Shown here: positions 1 through 9,753 of the stretch, piece after piece | Layout: the number at the start of each line of letters is the position of its first letter | How positions within the stretch are numbered: position 1 is the first letter of the stretch | The notes under the pieces: generated by a model | Databases searched by the model: none | What the model saw: the letters and a program-made list of their open reading frames with translations, nothing else | Told to the model about the DNA's origin: nothing | Position numbers and translations under genes: made by a program | Origin: Deltaproteobacteria bacterium | GTDB lineage: Bacteria; Myxococcota; Kuafuiibacteriia; Kuafuiibacteriales; Kuafuiibacteriaceae | DNA length: 64,000 nt | Assembly (NCBI GenBank): GCA_040218735.1 | Contig: JAVJQW010000041.1 | Span: forward strand, 32,001-96,000 | Reading direction: 5' to 3'

Positions 1-3000
1 CGCCGGCGCATCGTCGAGGCCCTCGCGAAGCGCACCGACCCGCGCGTGACCGAGGCGCTGCTGGGACTCGTCGCGGCCGGGGAGGTCGACGGACAGACGA
101 TCGCGGCGCTGCACAGCCGACCCGAAGCGCTCGTCCGTCCACGGCTCCTCGAGCTCGTCACCAGCGATCGCGCGGGCGTCCGTCGTGCCGCGCTCGAAGG
201 CGTCCGCGACTACCGCGGCGAGGACGTCGCGGACGCGCTCGGTGCGGCGGTGAAGAAGTTCCCGAACGACGAGGTCGCGTTCGATCAGCTCCTCGAACAG
301 GACAAGGCCCTCACCCTCGGGACGCGCGTCGCGTTGCTCGAGGAGCCGACGCATTCGCATTTGCACCGTGGGCTGTTGCTCTCGATTCACGACGCGGTCG
401 ACCCCGCGATCCCCGGCGCGGTCGTGCAGGCGACGCAGCGCGACCCGAAGCTCGCGCCGCTCGCGCTCGAGATCCTGGACCGCCAGGCCGACGCGGAGTC
501 GGCGGGTGCGCTCTACGCTATCGCTGCCGACGAGGCGGTCGCGGACTCCCACCGCGCGAACGCGGTGCGTCGCATGGCGAAGCTCGAGGATGCGTCGATC
601 GAGTCGAGGCTCCGTCCCCTCGCCAACGACGAGGCGCTCGTCGTCCGCATGACCGCGCGCAACGCGCTGCACGATCTCCAACCGCAGACCTACCCCGCGT
701 GGGATCCGTACGGGCGCGTCCCGCTGATCGTCGAAGGCGCGGCGTTCGGCGCGGGCATGATGCTCCTCGCCACCGAGATCGCGGACGCCGATCTCTCCCC
801 CGCGTTCACCGGCGGCGTCGGGATGTTGCTCGGCGGCGCGACGCCGTTCCTCCTCACCCTCGAAGAGGACGTCACCCTCGGCGACGCCGGCTACTTCGGC
901 ACGATGGGGCTGTGGGGCACCGGCGCCGGTTACGGTCTGGGGAAGCGCCTCGGCGTCTCGGAGTCGACGACGCTGTGGCTCACCGTCGCGGGTGAAGCCG
1001 CGGGCATCGCGGCCGGCTCGCTCGGGATGAAACGCGTAGAGTGGGGGCTCGACGACGTCGCGCTCGCGAACTTCACCGCGGTCGAGTCCGCGATCCTCAC
1101 GGCCGGCATCACGGCGCTCGCGCGACGCAACGCGGACGACCGCGGCGCGTCGGCGATGGAAGCCGGCCTCATCGGCGGCGCCGTCGGCACGATCCCCATG
1201 GCGTTGTTCGCGCGCCGTCTGAAGATCTCGCACGAGCTCCCCCTCGCGGCGACGGCGATGACCCACGGCGCGTGGCTCGGCATGTGGGCGCCAGCGGTCC
1301 TCGAAGGTGAGCTGTCCGCCTCCGACGCCGCGGCCGGCGCTTTGGTCGGCCAGAGCATCGGCTACCTCACGGCGCTCGGCCTCGCGCAGTTCGTCTCGCT
1401 CGACGGCGAGACGGCGGCGTACTCGGGCTTCGGCGCCGCAACCGGCGCCGCGATCGGTGGGGGCCTCGGGCTCGTGCTCGACAATCGATCGACGGCGACC
1501 CGCGTCGGGCTCCTCGAAGCGGGCTCCGCGGTCGGTGCGCTCACGCTCGCGATCGTCGGGCCTTCGCTCGAATGGAACGAGAACGACGCGACGATCGTCG
1601 CGCTCGCCGCGCTCGGCGGCGCGATCAGCGGCGGGCAGCTCAGCGTCCGCCTCGAAGAAGGCACCTTCGACGAACCGGCGTTCCCCGGCGGCATGTTGAT
1701 GGGTGCGGGCATCGGTACCGCCGCGGGCATCGTCGCGAGCCAGCTCGTCGACGTCTCCGACAAGTCCCTGACCAACACCCTCGTTGGTGCGGGCGTCCTC
1801 GGCGCGGGTGGCGTCGGGCTCGGGTACCTCGTCGGTGACCTCGACGTACGCGCGCGATCCAACATCTCGGGCGCAGCGATCGGGCTCGGGCTCGCGATGA
1901 CCTATCCGCTCTCCGACGCGCTCGCGCTCGAAGGGAAGGACTACGCGTACGCGGGCGTCGGGGCCTCGCTCGGCGGACTCTACGGCGGCTTCGTCCCGGT
2001 GTACTTCGACGGCGACGCCGCTTCGAGCCAGATCGCGGGCGGCGTGGCGCTCGGCTCTGCGGTCGGCGGCTACGGCGCGGCGATCGCTTCCCACTGGCTC
2101 GACCTCTCCGCGAAGCGCGTCGCAGTGACGTCGTTTTCGTCGGTCGCCGCGTCCTCCCTCGGCGCGGGCCTCGGTCTGTTGATCCCCAGCGCCTCGGACG
2201 AGCTCACCGTGGGCATGATGCAGGGCGCCGGCTTCGCGACCTTCGCGACACTCTCCGTCCTCCTCTCCAACAAGGGGCTCTCGTTGAAACGCACCGACCG
2301 CGTCGACCCCGGCGGTGAGCTCGTGATGGCCGCGGCGATGCTCGGTGCGCAGGGGGCGTTCCAGGGCGGCCTCATCCCGTACATGTGGAACGGCGACGGC
2401 CCGCCCGCATCCGAAGTGACCGGTGGCGTAATGGTGGGCGCGAGCGCCGGCGCGCTCGGCGGCCTCGCGCTGCACTACATCTCGAACGAACCGATCGAAG
2501 GGGGCCACCTCGTCGAAGCCTCCCTCCTCGGCGTCGCCGCGAACGGTCTCGGCGCGGGCCTCGGGCTCGTCACGCAGAGCCGCCGCACGGGTGCGTCGTT
2601 GATGCAGGGGCTCGGCCTCACCACGTACGTCGGCGCGCTCGCGCTCGCGCCGCGCACGAACTACGACGAACGCGCACCCGCGACCTTCTTCACCAGCTCC
2701 CTCACGCTCGGGTGGCTCGGCGGTTGGGCGCCGATGCTCCTCGACGATCCCGAGAGCTCGCAGGTGATCGGTGGCGCGCTCGCGGGGAGCAGCGCCGGTG
2801 TGCTCGGCGCGGTCGCGCTCGTCGAGCTGTACCCGCGGCGCGACGACGTCGAGATCGCCGCGGGCACCGCGATCGGCTCCGGCCTCGGCGCGGGGCTCGG
2901 GTTGATGATCGATCGCGACGCGACACGCGGCACCGTCGCGCTCCTCGAAGCCGGCGGTCTGCTCGGCCTCGGCGCGGGCCTGGCGCTCGGCCCGGTGACG

Positions 3001-5478
3001 ACCTACGACGACGGCGACCGCGCGCTCGCCGCCTACGGCACACTCGCCGGCGGCGCCTTGGGTGGCTTCCTCCCCCGCACGTGGACCGACGAAAACGTCG
3101 ACACCGCGGGCGGCGCGCTCTTCGGCGCGAGCCTCGGCGCGGCGGTCGCGATGACCACGTCGCAGTTCGTCACCGTGGATCCCAAGGACGTCGTCGAGAT
3201 GTCGATCTACACGAGCGCGATGAGCACCGCGGGCGGCGGCATCGCGCTCCTCGCCGACCTCGACTCCCGGCAGAGCGCGCTCGCGTTGGAGATCGCGGCG
3301 CTCGGCGGGGTCGCGCTCGGCGCGGTCGTCGCGCCCTACACGAAGTACGGCTTCGACGAGATGTTGTTCGCGATGGAGACCTCGGCGGTCGGCGGCGCCC
3401 ACGGCGCGCAGCTCGGGATGCTCCTGGAGGATGAAGCCGGCGGTTCCTTCCTCGGCGCGAGCGCTGGTCTGCTCGCGGGCGCGCTCGTCTCCCAGGTCGC
3501 GGACGTGAAGCCGACGTTGATGCTCGAGGCCGCCGCGTTCACTGGCGTCGGCGATCTCTTCGGCTACGGCATCGGCCGCCTTGCGACCGACGATCCCAAC
3601 GGCCAGCGCGCGTGGATCGGCGGGCTCGGTCTGTCGGCGTACACACTCGGTCTCGCGGTCGGACCGTTCACCTCCTATGAAGCCGAGGACTACCTCACGA
3701 TGACGCTCGCGTCGGGCGTCGGTGCGTGGCACGGCGCGTGGCTCCCGGCGCTGTTCGCTCCGGAAGGCCCGATCGATCGCGACCGCGCGGGCGCGGGTGC
3801 TGCCGTGGGCGCGGCGTCGGGGGTGTTGCTCGGCGCGGTGACCTCGCAGTTCGTGGACGTCCCCGTCGACGTGCAGGTCGAGATGACCGCGGGGTGGGCG
3901 ACCGGGTCGGCGATCGGCGCGGGGCTCGGGCTGTTGCTCCCTAGCGTGGACCGCAAGGGCACGATCGGTCTGATGCAGGGGGGCGGCGCGCTCGGCCTCG
4001 CCGCGAGCCTCGCGCTCGCCGACTCGCTCGAGTACGAGGCGGGCGATGCGCTGTTGGTGCCGGCCGGTGCGGCGGTCGGCGCGGCGGTGGGGCTCACGCT
4101 CCCGGCGTTGATCCTCGATCCGAACGATCCGATCGGCGACAACCCGCGCGCGGGCGGTGTGTTGCTCGGCGCGGGCATCGGCACCATCGCTGCGGCGACG
4201 GCGGCGCAGTTCGTACAGATCGAAGCGGGCGACGTCGCCGAAGCGAGCGCGGCGTCGATGCTCGGCGCGGCGACGGGGCTGGGCGTGGGCATGATGATCC
4301 CCGGCTCGAACCGCCGCGGGCGATTCCTGAGCATGGACCTCTTCGGCGTCGCGGGGCTGGGGCTCGGGACCTGGCTCGCCCCCAAGATGGACGTCGACGA
4401 GGACGCCGTGATGTCGATGGCGCTCGGTAGCACGCTGGGCGGATTGGCGGGCGGGTTCACGCCGAGTCTATTCAATGGACCGAACCTGGAAGACATCCCC
4501 GGCGAGCAGGCGGGCGGCGGTGTCCTCGCGGGCGTCGGCCTGGGCGCGGCGACGGGGCTGCTGCTCGACCAGACGCTGGAGCTCGACGCGACGACGCGCG
4601 AGCACGCGGCCTACGGCGCCGCGATGAGCGGGATGGCGGGCGCGGGCTTCTCGATGTTGGCGTCGGAGGATGACCGGTGGCTGTCGGTGATGGGGCCCTC
4701 GATGGCGATCGCGGGGGCGTTCGCGGTGGGCGCGACATCGAAGCACGCCTCGTACGACGCGGGGGACCTGGCGTTGGGCTCCGCGTACGTCGGGTACCTG
4801 ACGTGGCACGCGATGGGTTTGACGCTGCTGTCGGACGGGACGAACCGGCAGGCGGCCGGCGTCGCGATGGGGACGGTGGGCTTGGGCGCGCTCACGGGCA
4901 TGTATCTGACGCCGTACATCGACCTCACGATGTCCGACGTCCTGATGCTCACCGCGGGCAACGTGTGGGGCACGTGGATCGGCGGCTGGGGCGGCGTCGT
5001 CCTGCGCGAGCAGCTCGACGGCGACTTCGACGGCCGCCGCGGCGCGGGCCTCACGCTGCTGACGAGTGTGTTGGGATCCGACGTGGGCCTCGCCGTGACG
5101 GGGATGGTCGTGGGTGGGTTGTTGGACGTGGAGCCCACGCGCTTCGCGGTGATCAATCTGTCGGGCCTGGGCGGCATGATGGTCGGGATGCTCGCGGCGG
5201 GCGCGCTGGATGACGAGCCGCTGCGAACGGGGAACGTGCTGGGGAGCCTGGGTGGGTTGGTCGTGGGGGCCGTGGTGACCTCGTTCTTCGATTGGAAGTC
5301 ATCGCCCACCTGGGACGAGTTGCTCGGGGAGGACGAGGCGAAGGCCGCGGAGGCGAAGGCGCCTTCTGGGAAGAGTGGGCTGGGGGTGCAGGAGTGGTTC
5401 CCGGGGGCGCGGATCGAGCCTACCGAGGATGGGGCTGGGGAGCGGTACTTGTTCACGATCGGGGGGACCTGGAACTGA
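1..5478 (+). CDS. Giant HEAT-repeat plus glycine-zipper (GxxxG) polytopic membrane protein, 5'-partial
   Basis: Frame is open from base 1 (RRRIVEALAKRTDPRV...), so the true start lies left of the window. HEAT-like repeats (VRRAALEG, VRMTARNAL) precede ~1500 aa of Gly/Ala-rich hydrophobic helices. Ends in YLFTIGGTWN. Confidence 0.8.
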   Translation, partial: RRRIVEALAKRTDPRVTEALLGLVAAGEVDGQTIAALHSRPEALVRPRLLELVTSDRAGVRRAALEGVRDYRGEDVADALGAAVKKFPNDEVAFDQLLEQDKALTLGTRVALLEEPTHSHLHRGLLLSIHDAVDPAIPGAVVQATQRDPKLAPLALEILDRQADAESAGALYAIAADEAVADSHRANAVRRMAKLEDASIESRLRPLANDEALVVRMTARNALHDLQPQTYPAWDPYGRVPLIVEGAAFGAGMMLLATEIADADLSPAFTGGVGMLLGGATPFLLTLEEDVTLGDAGYFGTMGLWGTGAGYGLGKRLGVSESTTLWLTVAGEAAGIAAGSLGMKRVEWGLDDVALANFTAVESAILTAGITALARRNADDRGASAMEAGLIGGAVGTIPMALFARRLKISHELPLAATAMTHGAWLGMWAPAVLEGELSASDAAAGALVGQSIGYLTALGLAQFVSLDGETAAYSGFGAATGAAIGGGLGLVLDNRSTATRVGLLEAGSAVGALTLAIVGPSLEWNENDATIVALAALGGAISGGQLSVRLEEGTFDEPAFPGGMLMGAGIGTAAGIVASQLVDVSDKSLTNTLVGAGVLGAGGVGLGYLVGDLDVRARSNISGAAIGLGLAMTYPLSDALALEGKDYAYAGVGASLGGLYGGFVPVYFDGDAASSQIAGGVALGSAVGGYGAAIASHWLDLSAKRVAVTSFSSVAASSLGAGLGLLIPSASDELTVGMMQGAGFATFATLSVLLSNKGLSLKRTDRVDPGGELVMAAAMLGAQGAFQGGLIPYMWNGDGPPASEVTGGVMVGASAGALGGLALHYISNEPIEGGHLVEASLLGVAANGLGAGLGLVTQSRRTGASLMQGLGLTTYVGALALAPRTNYDERAPATFFTSSLTLGWLGGWAPMLLDDPESSQVIGGALAGSSAGVLGAVALVELYPRRDDVEIAAGTAIGSGLGAGLGLMIDRDATRGTVALLEAGGLLGLGAGLALGPVTTYDDGDRALAAYGTLAGGALGGFLPRTWTDENVDTAGGALFGASLGAAVAMTTSQFVTVDPKDVVEMSIYTSAMSTAGGGIALLADLDSRQSALALEIAALGGVALGAVVAPYTKYGFDEMLFAMETSAVGGAHGAQLGMLLEDEAGGSFLGASAGLLAGALVSQVADVKPTLMLEAAAFTGVGDLFGYGIGRLATDDPNGQRAWIGGLGLSAYTLGLAVGPFTSYEAEDYLTMTLASGVGAWHGAWLPALFAPEGPIDRDRAGAGAAVGAASGVLLGAVTSQFVDVPVDVQVEMTAGWATGSAIGAGLGLLLPSVDRKGTIGLMQGGGALGLAASLALADSLEYEAGDALLVPAGAAVGAAVGLTLPALILDPNDPIGDNPRAGGVLLGAGIGTIAAATAAQFVQIEAGDVAEASAASMLGAATGLGVGMMIPGSNRRGRFLSMDLFGVAGLGLGTWLAPKMDVDEDAVMSMALGSTLGGLAGGFTPSLFNGPNLEDIPGEQAGGGVLAGVGLGAATGLLLDQTLELDATTREHAAYGAAMSGMAGAGFSMLASEDDRWLSVMGPSMAIAGAFAVGATSKHASYDAGDLALGSAYVGYLTWHAMGLTLLSDGTNRQAAGVAMGTVGLGALTGMYLTPYIDLTMSDVLMLTAGNVWGTWIGGWGGVVLREQLDGDFDGRRGAGLTLLTSVLGSDVGLAVTGMVVGGLLDVEPTRFAVINLSGLGGMMVGMLAAGALDDEPLRTGNVLGSLGGLVVGAVVTSFFDWKSSPTWDELLGEDEAKAAEAKAPSGKSGLGVQEWFPGARIEPTEDGAGERYLFTIGGTWN

Positions 5479-5532
5479 GGGGCACTGCTCTGTGAGGGAA
5501 CCGCGCGCTTCGCGCCGCCTCCCGTAGGGCCT

Positions 5533-5680
5533 GCGGGAAGGCCGGCGGGAAGGCCGGCGGGAAGGCCGGCGGGAAGGCCGGCGGGAAGGCCGGCGGGAAG
5601 GCCGGCGGGAAGGCCGGCGGGAAGGCCGGCGGGAAGGCCGGCGGGAAGGCCGGCGGGAAGGCCGGCGGGAAGGCCGGCGG
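5533..5680. repeat. Perfect 12-bp tandem repeat (GCGGGAAGGCCG) x12 plus a partial copy
   Basis: Units counted directly at 5533, 5545 ... 5665, followed by GCGG. There are no spacers. Confidence 0.95.
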
Positions 5681-5686
5681 CACGCC

Positions 5687-5801
5687 CTGCGCGACGGGCC
5701 GGAGGTGGGCCTCCCCGACGGGCCTGCGCGACGGAGCTGCGCGACGGACCTGCGCGACGGGCCTGCGCGACGGACCTGCGCGACGGACCTGCGGGGCGGG
5801 C
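5687..5801. repeat. 13-bp tandem repeat CTGCGCGACGG(A/G)(C/G)
   Basis: Five near-perfect copies at 5724-5788, one more at 5687-5699, and degenerate copies at 5711-5723 and 5789-5801. Confidence 0.85.
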
Positions 5802-6533
5802 CGGCGGGGGTGGGCGCACGTCCGGTGTGTGTGGGATCGCCGGCTGGTGACGGGGAGAGGCTCTGGGGAAGGCCGTGCGCCGAGATGTGAGGCCGTGCGG
5901 TGGGCGGGTGGATTTGATCCGCCGACTCGCTTGGGGGCCGTGGCGCTCTTCGGCCGGGGCGCCTTGCTCCGGGCGGTCGCTTGCGCGCGTGCTTTGCGTG
6001 GCAGAGCTCGCTCGAAAGTGGTGATGGTGGTTGGCGCTGTTGGGAGGAACGCGATTGCTGGCGTGTTGTCTTCGCCGGGTGAGCTCGAGGTCGTCGTGGA
6101 TTCGATGGCGCGTCTGCCGGGGCGTCGCGGTGCGACGGCGAGCGCCGCGGTGTCGATCGCGACTCGCGGGGGACCAGGGCCTGTGGGGCGCCTGGTGCGA
6201 GGCCCTCATCGTGCTCAGCGGGGTCGTCGCCGCTTCGACCGCCGTCCATCGCAGATAGCGCTCAGCGCTTTCGACCACGTCAGCTCGGACCCTCACCCGC
6301 GGCACGGCTCGGTGAGGCGTGCGCCGTTACGTTGCTCCATGTTCGTCGATCGACTCCGCGACGAGGGCGCGTCCGGCTGTCCGTTCGGAAGTGGCTCGCT
6401 CGCGGACGCGGAACCGACGGCAAAGCTGGCTCCGATCTCCGTTGCGCGTGTCCTCGGCTAGCGGATCTCGAACGAAGAAGCCGACGCGGAAGTGCTTGTT
6501 CTGATGCAAGACAAATGTTAGCCTTTTTCAAGC

Positions 6534-7220
6534 GTGCAGGGCGTTCTCGACTTCCCTATCCAGCACGGCGGTGCTCGGAAGAATGCGGGCCGGAAGAAAG
6601 GCAAAGGGCGAAGGAACGTCGAGCACCGGCGGCGCGAGTCCATCCCCAAGGGCGCTCCCGTGCACGTGACGCTCCGGGTCTCGCGGGCCGTGGGGAACCT
6701 TCGGAGCAAGCGGCGCTTTCAGCCGATCAAGCAGGCGCTACGCGACGGCGCCGAGCGCTTCGCGTGCCGCCTCGTGCACTTCTCCGTGCAGAAGAATCAC
6801 CTGCATCTCCTCGTGGAGCCCCGGGACCGACGGTCGCTCATGCGCGCGATGAAGGGGCTTCAGGTTCGGCTGGCGCGGCGCCTGAACAACACGCTGAAAC
6901 GGCGCGGGCAGGTGTTCTCGGACCGGTACCACGCCCATGTGCTGCGCTCGCCTCGGGAGGCGCGGCACGCAATCGCGTACGTGCTGCTCAATGCACGCAA
7001 ACGCGCCGCGCAGGGTGGCCATACGCTACCCGAGCGGTGGATCGATCCGTACTCGTCCGCGCGCTGGTTCGACGGGTTCGAGGGTTCGCGGGCGCCGCCG
7101 TCGCGGGAGGCGCGCATCGGTGGGCCGCCCGGCGTTTGGCTGCTGCGGAGGGGGTGGCGCGACGCTGGACCGATCGCCATCGACGAGGTTCCAGGCCGAC
7201 GCCTACGCGCGCGGCGGTGA
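6534..7220 (+). CDS. REP-associated tyrosine transposase (RAYT) / IS200-like Y1 HUH transposase
   Basis: PVHVTLRV, HUH motif NHLHLLVE, GQVFSDRYH, and catalytic Tyr in AIAYVLLN. Confidence 0.85.
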   Translation: MQGVLDFPIQHGGARKNAGRKKGKGRRNVEHRRRESIPKGAPVHVTLRVSRAVGNLRSKRRFQPIKQALRDGAERFACRLVHFSVQKNHLHLLVEPRDRRSLMRAMKGLQVRLARRLNNTLKRRGQVFSDRYHAHVLRSPREARHAIAYVLLNARKRAAQGGHTLPERWIDPYSSARWFDGFEGSRAPPSREARIGGPPGVWLLRRGWRDAGPIAIDEVPGRRLRARR

Positions 7221-7224
7221 GGTT

Positions 7225-7240
7225 CGCAAGGTGCCTTGCG
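7225..7240. other. Palindrome immediately downstream of the transposase
   Basis: CGCAAGG-TG-CCTTGCG, a perfect 7-bp inverted repeat 4 nt after the stop codon. HUH transposases recognise hairpins, but the role here is inferred. Confidence 0.4.
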
Positions 7241-7275
7241 CGCGCTCAGGGCGGCGCGCGGCGCTCCTGTTGCGT

Positions 7276-8487
7276 ATGCCGCGACGGAGGTTGGCTCAAG
7301 ACGAGCCACCTGGCTCTGATTTCAACTTCCTCGGCGCGACCTCGACTAAGCTCGGACTTCAGATGGCCGACGCCTTCGCTCGCCTCGAATGCGCCGCGGG
7401 ACGGCTGGGGTCCGATGTGACCTCGACAGGTTCGCGGGTCACCGTCACCACGGCCTTTGGGCGCACCGTGACCCTCGACCGACTCGCGACCACGATCGCG
7501 ATCGCCGTGAGCTCGCCGCGGCCGCACGCGGGTGCGTTCCTCGTGCGGCGCGCCGTGCACTGGTCGAGCCCCCAGGCGTCCTCGCGGGTGCGCACCGGCG
7601 ACGTTCGCTTCGACGGCGTGCTGTCCTGCCACGGCGATCCCGAGGACGTTCACACGCTCCTCGGACCCGACGAACGACGCCTCGTCGCCGCGCTCTTCGA
7701 AGCACACCCTGCGCTGCGGTTCCTCGTCGCGCCGCGCCGCGTTCGTGTTCACGTCGCCGACTGCCTCGACACCTCGTCGATCGTCGACGTCGTTCGACGC
7801 CTCGAAGCGCTGAGCGACATCATGACCGTGCGCGCCGACGGGCTGTTCGGTCGACTCCTCGCCAAAGCGCTCGACGATCGTGCGCCCCGCGCCCGGTCGA
7901 TCGCCGTGGAGCTCCTGCTCGCGCGGGTCATCCCCTTCTCCACCGCCGAACGCATCGTGTGCGAGCAGCTCGCGCGCTCCGACACCCTCCCGTCCCGACT
8001 TCGCGTCGACGCGATGATCCGACTGCGCCGACACCCCCCTGACGACACACGAGCCACCATGCAGTCGCTCCTCTTCAGCCTCGAACCGACCGTCGTCGCC
8101 AACGCCGTTCGCTTCGCCGCCGAAGACGACGACTTCGATGCGCTCGATGCCATCGTTCGCTGCGCGACGAGCGCCGACGCCGAGGTGCGCCGCGCCGCCG
8201 CCTGGGCGCTGGGGCGATTCGGCGGCGACGCCGCGGAGGTCGCGCTCATCCACCTCGCACCCACCACGCGCGAAGCCGTGGAGGCGCTCGGCTTCGTCGG
8301 CGGGTTCCGCGCCGTCGCCGCGCTCGAGCCGCTCACGCGCGGGGTGCGCCGCTCGGCGACGAGCAAGCGGGTCGCACGACGCGCCGTGCGGCTGATCAAG
8401 AAACGCGTCGGACCCGCCGGGCGCGGCCGCCTCGCGATCGTCTACGACGCCGGCGCGCTGTCGTCGGTGGACGCCGCCTCTTCGTAG
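7276..8487 (+). CDS. HEAT-repeat domain protein
   Basis: ATG at 7276 chosen within ORF 6937..8487. C-terminal HEAT/PBS-lyase-like repeats (DAEVRRAAAWALGRFG, EAVEALGFVG). Confidence 0.65.
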   Translation: MPRRRLAQDEPPGSDFNFLGATSTKLGLQMADAFARLECAAGRLGSDVTSTGSRVTVTTAFGRTVTLDRLATTIAIAVSSPRPHAGAFLVRRAVHWSSPQASSRVRTGDVRFDGVLSCHGDPEDVHTLLGPDERRLVAALFEAHPALRFLVAPRRVRVHVADCLDTSSIVDVVRRLEALSDIMTVRADGLFGRLLAKALDDRAPRARSIAVELLLARVIPFSTAERIVCEQLARSDTLPSRLRVDAMIRLRRHPPDDTRATMQSLLFSLEPTVVANAVRFAAEDDDFDALDAIVRCATSADAEVRRAAAWALGRFGGDAAEVALIHLAPTTREAVEALGFVGGFRAVAALEPLTRGVRRSATSKRVARRAVRLIKKRVGPAGRGRLAIVYDAGALSSVDAASS

Positions 8488-8505
8488 AGGTACATCCTCC
8501 GCGGC

Positions 8506-9753
8506 ATGAACATCGACGCGGAACGCCTGTGGCGCTCCATCTCGACCCTCGCCGAGGTGGGCGCCTACACCGACGAAGCGACCGGCCTCGTCGGCGTGAA
8601 CCGACTGGCGCTCACCGACGCCGACCGCGACGGCCGCAAGCTCGTGAAGCAGTGGTTCGAGGAGGCCGGCCTCGACGTCCGCGTCGATCGTATCGGCAAC
8701 GTCATCGCGCGCCGCGCCGGACGCGAAGACCTCGCGCCCGTCATGTCCGGCTCGCACATCGACAGCGTCCCGACCGGCGGCGCGTTCGATGGTGCGCTCG
8801 GGGTGCTCGGCGCGCTGGAGGTCGTCCGCACGCTGAACGATCGCGACGTGAAGACCCGGCGCCCGATCGAGATCGCATTCTTCACGGACGAGGAGGGCGC
8901 GCGCTTCGGCACCGACATGCTCGGCTCCGCCACCGCGGTCGGTCGCCTCGCGCTCGACGACGCCCTCGCGCTCAGCGACCGCGACGGATGCACCGTCGGC
9001 GGCGAGCTCCAACGCATCGGGTTCGCGGGCGACGCACCCGAACGCCTCGCACCACCCCACGCCTACGTGGAGGTGCACATCGAGCAGGGCCCGATCCTCG
9101 CCGCCAACGAACGTGACCTCGGCGCCGTCACCGGCGTGCAGGCGATCTCCTGGCAGGAGGTGACGATCGTCGGAAAGTCCGCGCACGCCGGCACCACCCC
9201 GATGTCCCTCCGCCACGACGCCGGGCTCGCGGCCGCACGCATCCACCTCCAGCTGATGGAGATGATCCACAGCGGCAAGTACGGCGCCGACATGCGCGCG
9301 ACGATGGGCCAGATCGACGTCCACCCCAACCGCATCAACATCGTCCCCTCCCGCGTCGTGTGCACGGTCGATCTCCGCAACCCCTACGACGACCTGATGT
9401 CGAAGGCGGAGCGCGACCTCGCCGACTTCTTCACGCACCTCGCCGATGAGCTCGGCGTCGAGATCACCGCCCGCCAGACCGCACGCACCGCGAGCGTCGA
9501 CTTCGATCCCCGCGTCGTCGAGCTCGTCGAACGGCACATGAAGGCGGCAGGCTTCGACCACGAGCGCATCCTCTCCGGCGCCGGCCACGACGCCCAAGAG
9601 CTCGCCGCGCTCTGCCCGACCGCGATGATCTTCGTACCCGGGCTCTACGACGGCATCAGCCACAACCCGCGCGAGCTCTCCACGAAGGAAGCGTGCGCCA
9701 AAGGGGTGTCGATCCTCTACGAAGCCCTCGTGGAGCTCGCCGAGGAGTCGTGA
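8506..9753 (+). CDS. M20 family Zn-dependent amidohydrolase (N-carbamoyl-L-amino acid/allantoate amidohydrolase type)
   Basis: GSHIDSVPTGGAFDG, DEEGARF, EVHIEQGP, HAGTTPM, SGAGHDA and SHNPRE motifs. Confidence 0.92.
   Translation: MNIDAERLWRSISTLAEVGAYTDEATGLVGVNRLALTDADRDGRKLVKQWFEEAGLDVRVDRIGNVIARRAGREDLAPVMSGSHIDSVPTGGAFDGALGVLGALEVVRTLNDRDVKTRRPIEIAFFTDEEGARFGTDMLGSATAVGRLALDDALALSDRDGCTVGGELQRIGFAGDAPERLAPPHAYVEVHIEQGPILAANERDLGAVTGVQAISWQEVTIVGKSAHAGTTPMSLRHDAGLAAARIHLQLMEMIHSGKYGADMRATMGQIDVHPNRINIVPSRVVCTVDLRNPYDDLMSKAERDLADFFTHLADELGVEITARQTARTASVDFDPRVVELVERHMKAAGFDHERILSGAGHDAQELAALCPTAMIFVPGLYDGISHNPRELSTKEACAKGVSILYEALVELAEES

Noticed and set aside
5533-5801. Repeat tract as a CRISPR array
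   Set aside because: Units are 12-13 bp, head-to-tail, with no unique spacers and no cas genes.
4611-6305. Minus-strand ORFs containing (AGLP)n, (RRPS)n or (PPAF)n
   Set aside because: These are translations of the 12-bp repeat and antisense shadows of the membrane protein gene, with no coding evidence.
5829-6461. ORFs between the repeats and the RAYT
   Set aside because: No recognisable motifs or RBS and atypical codon pattern. Left unannotated.
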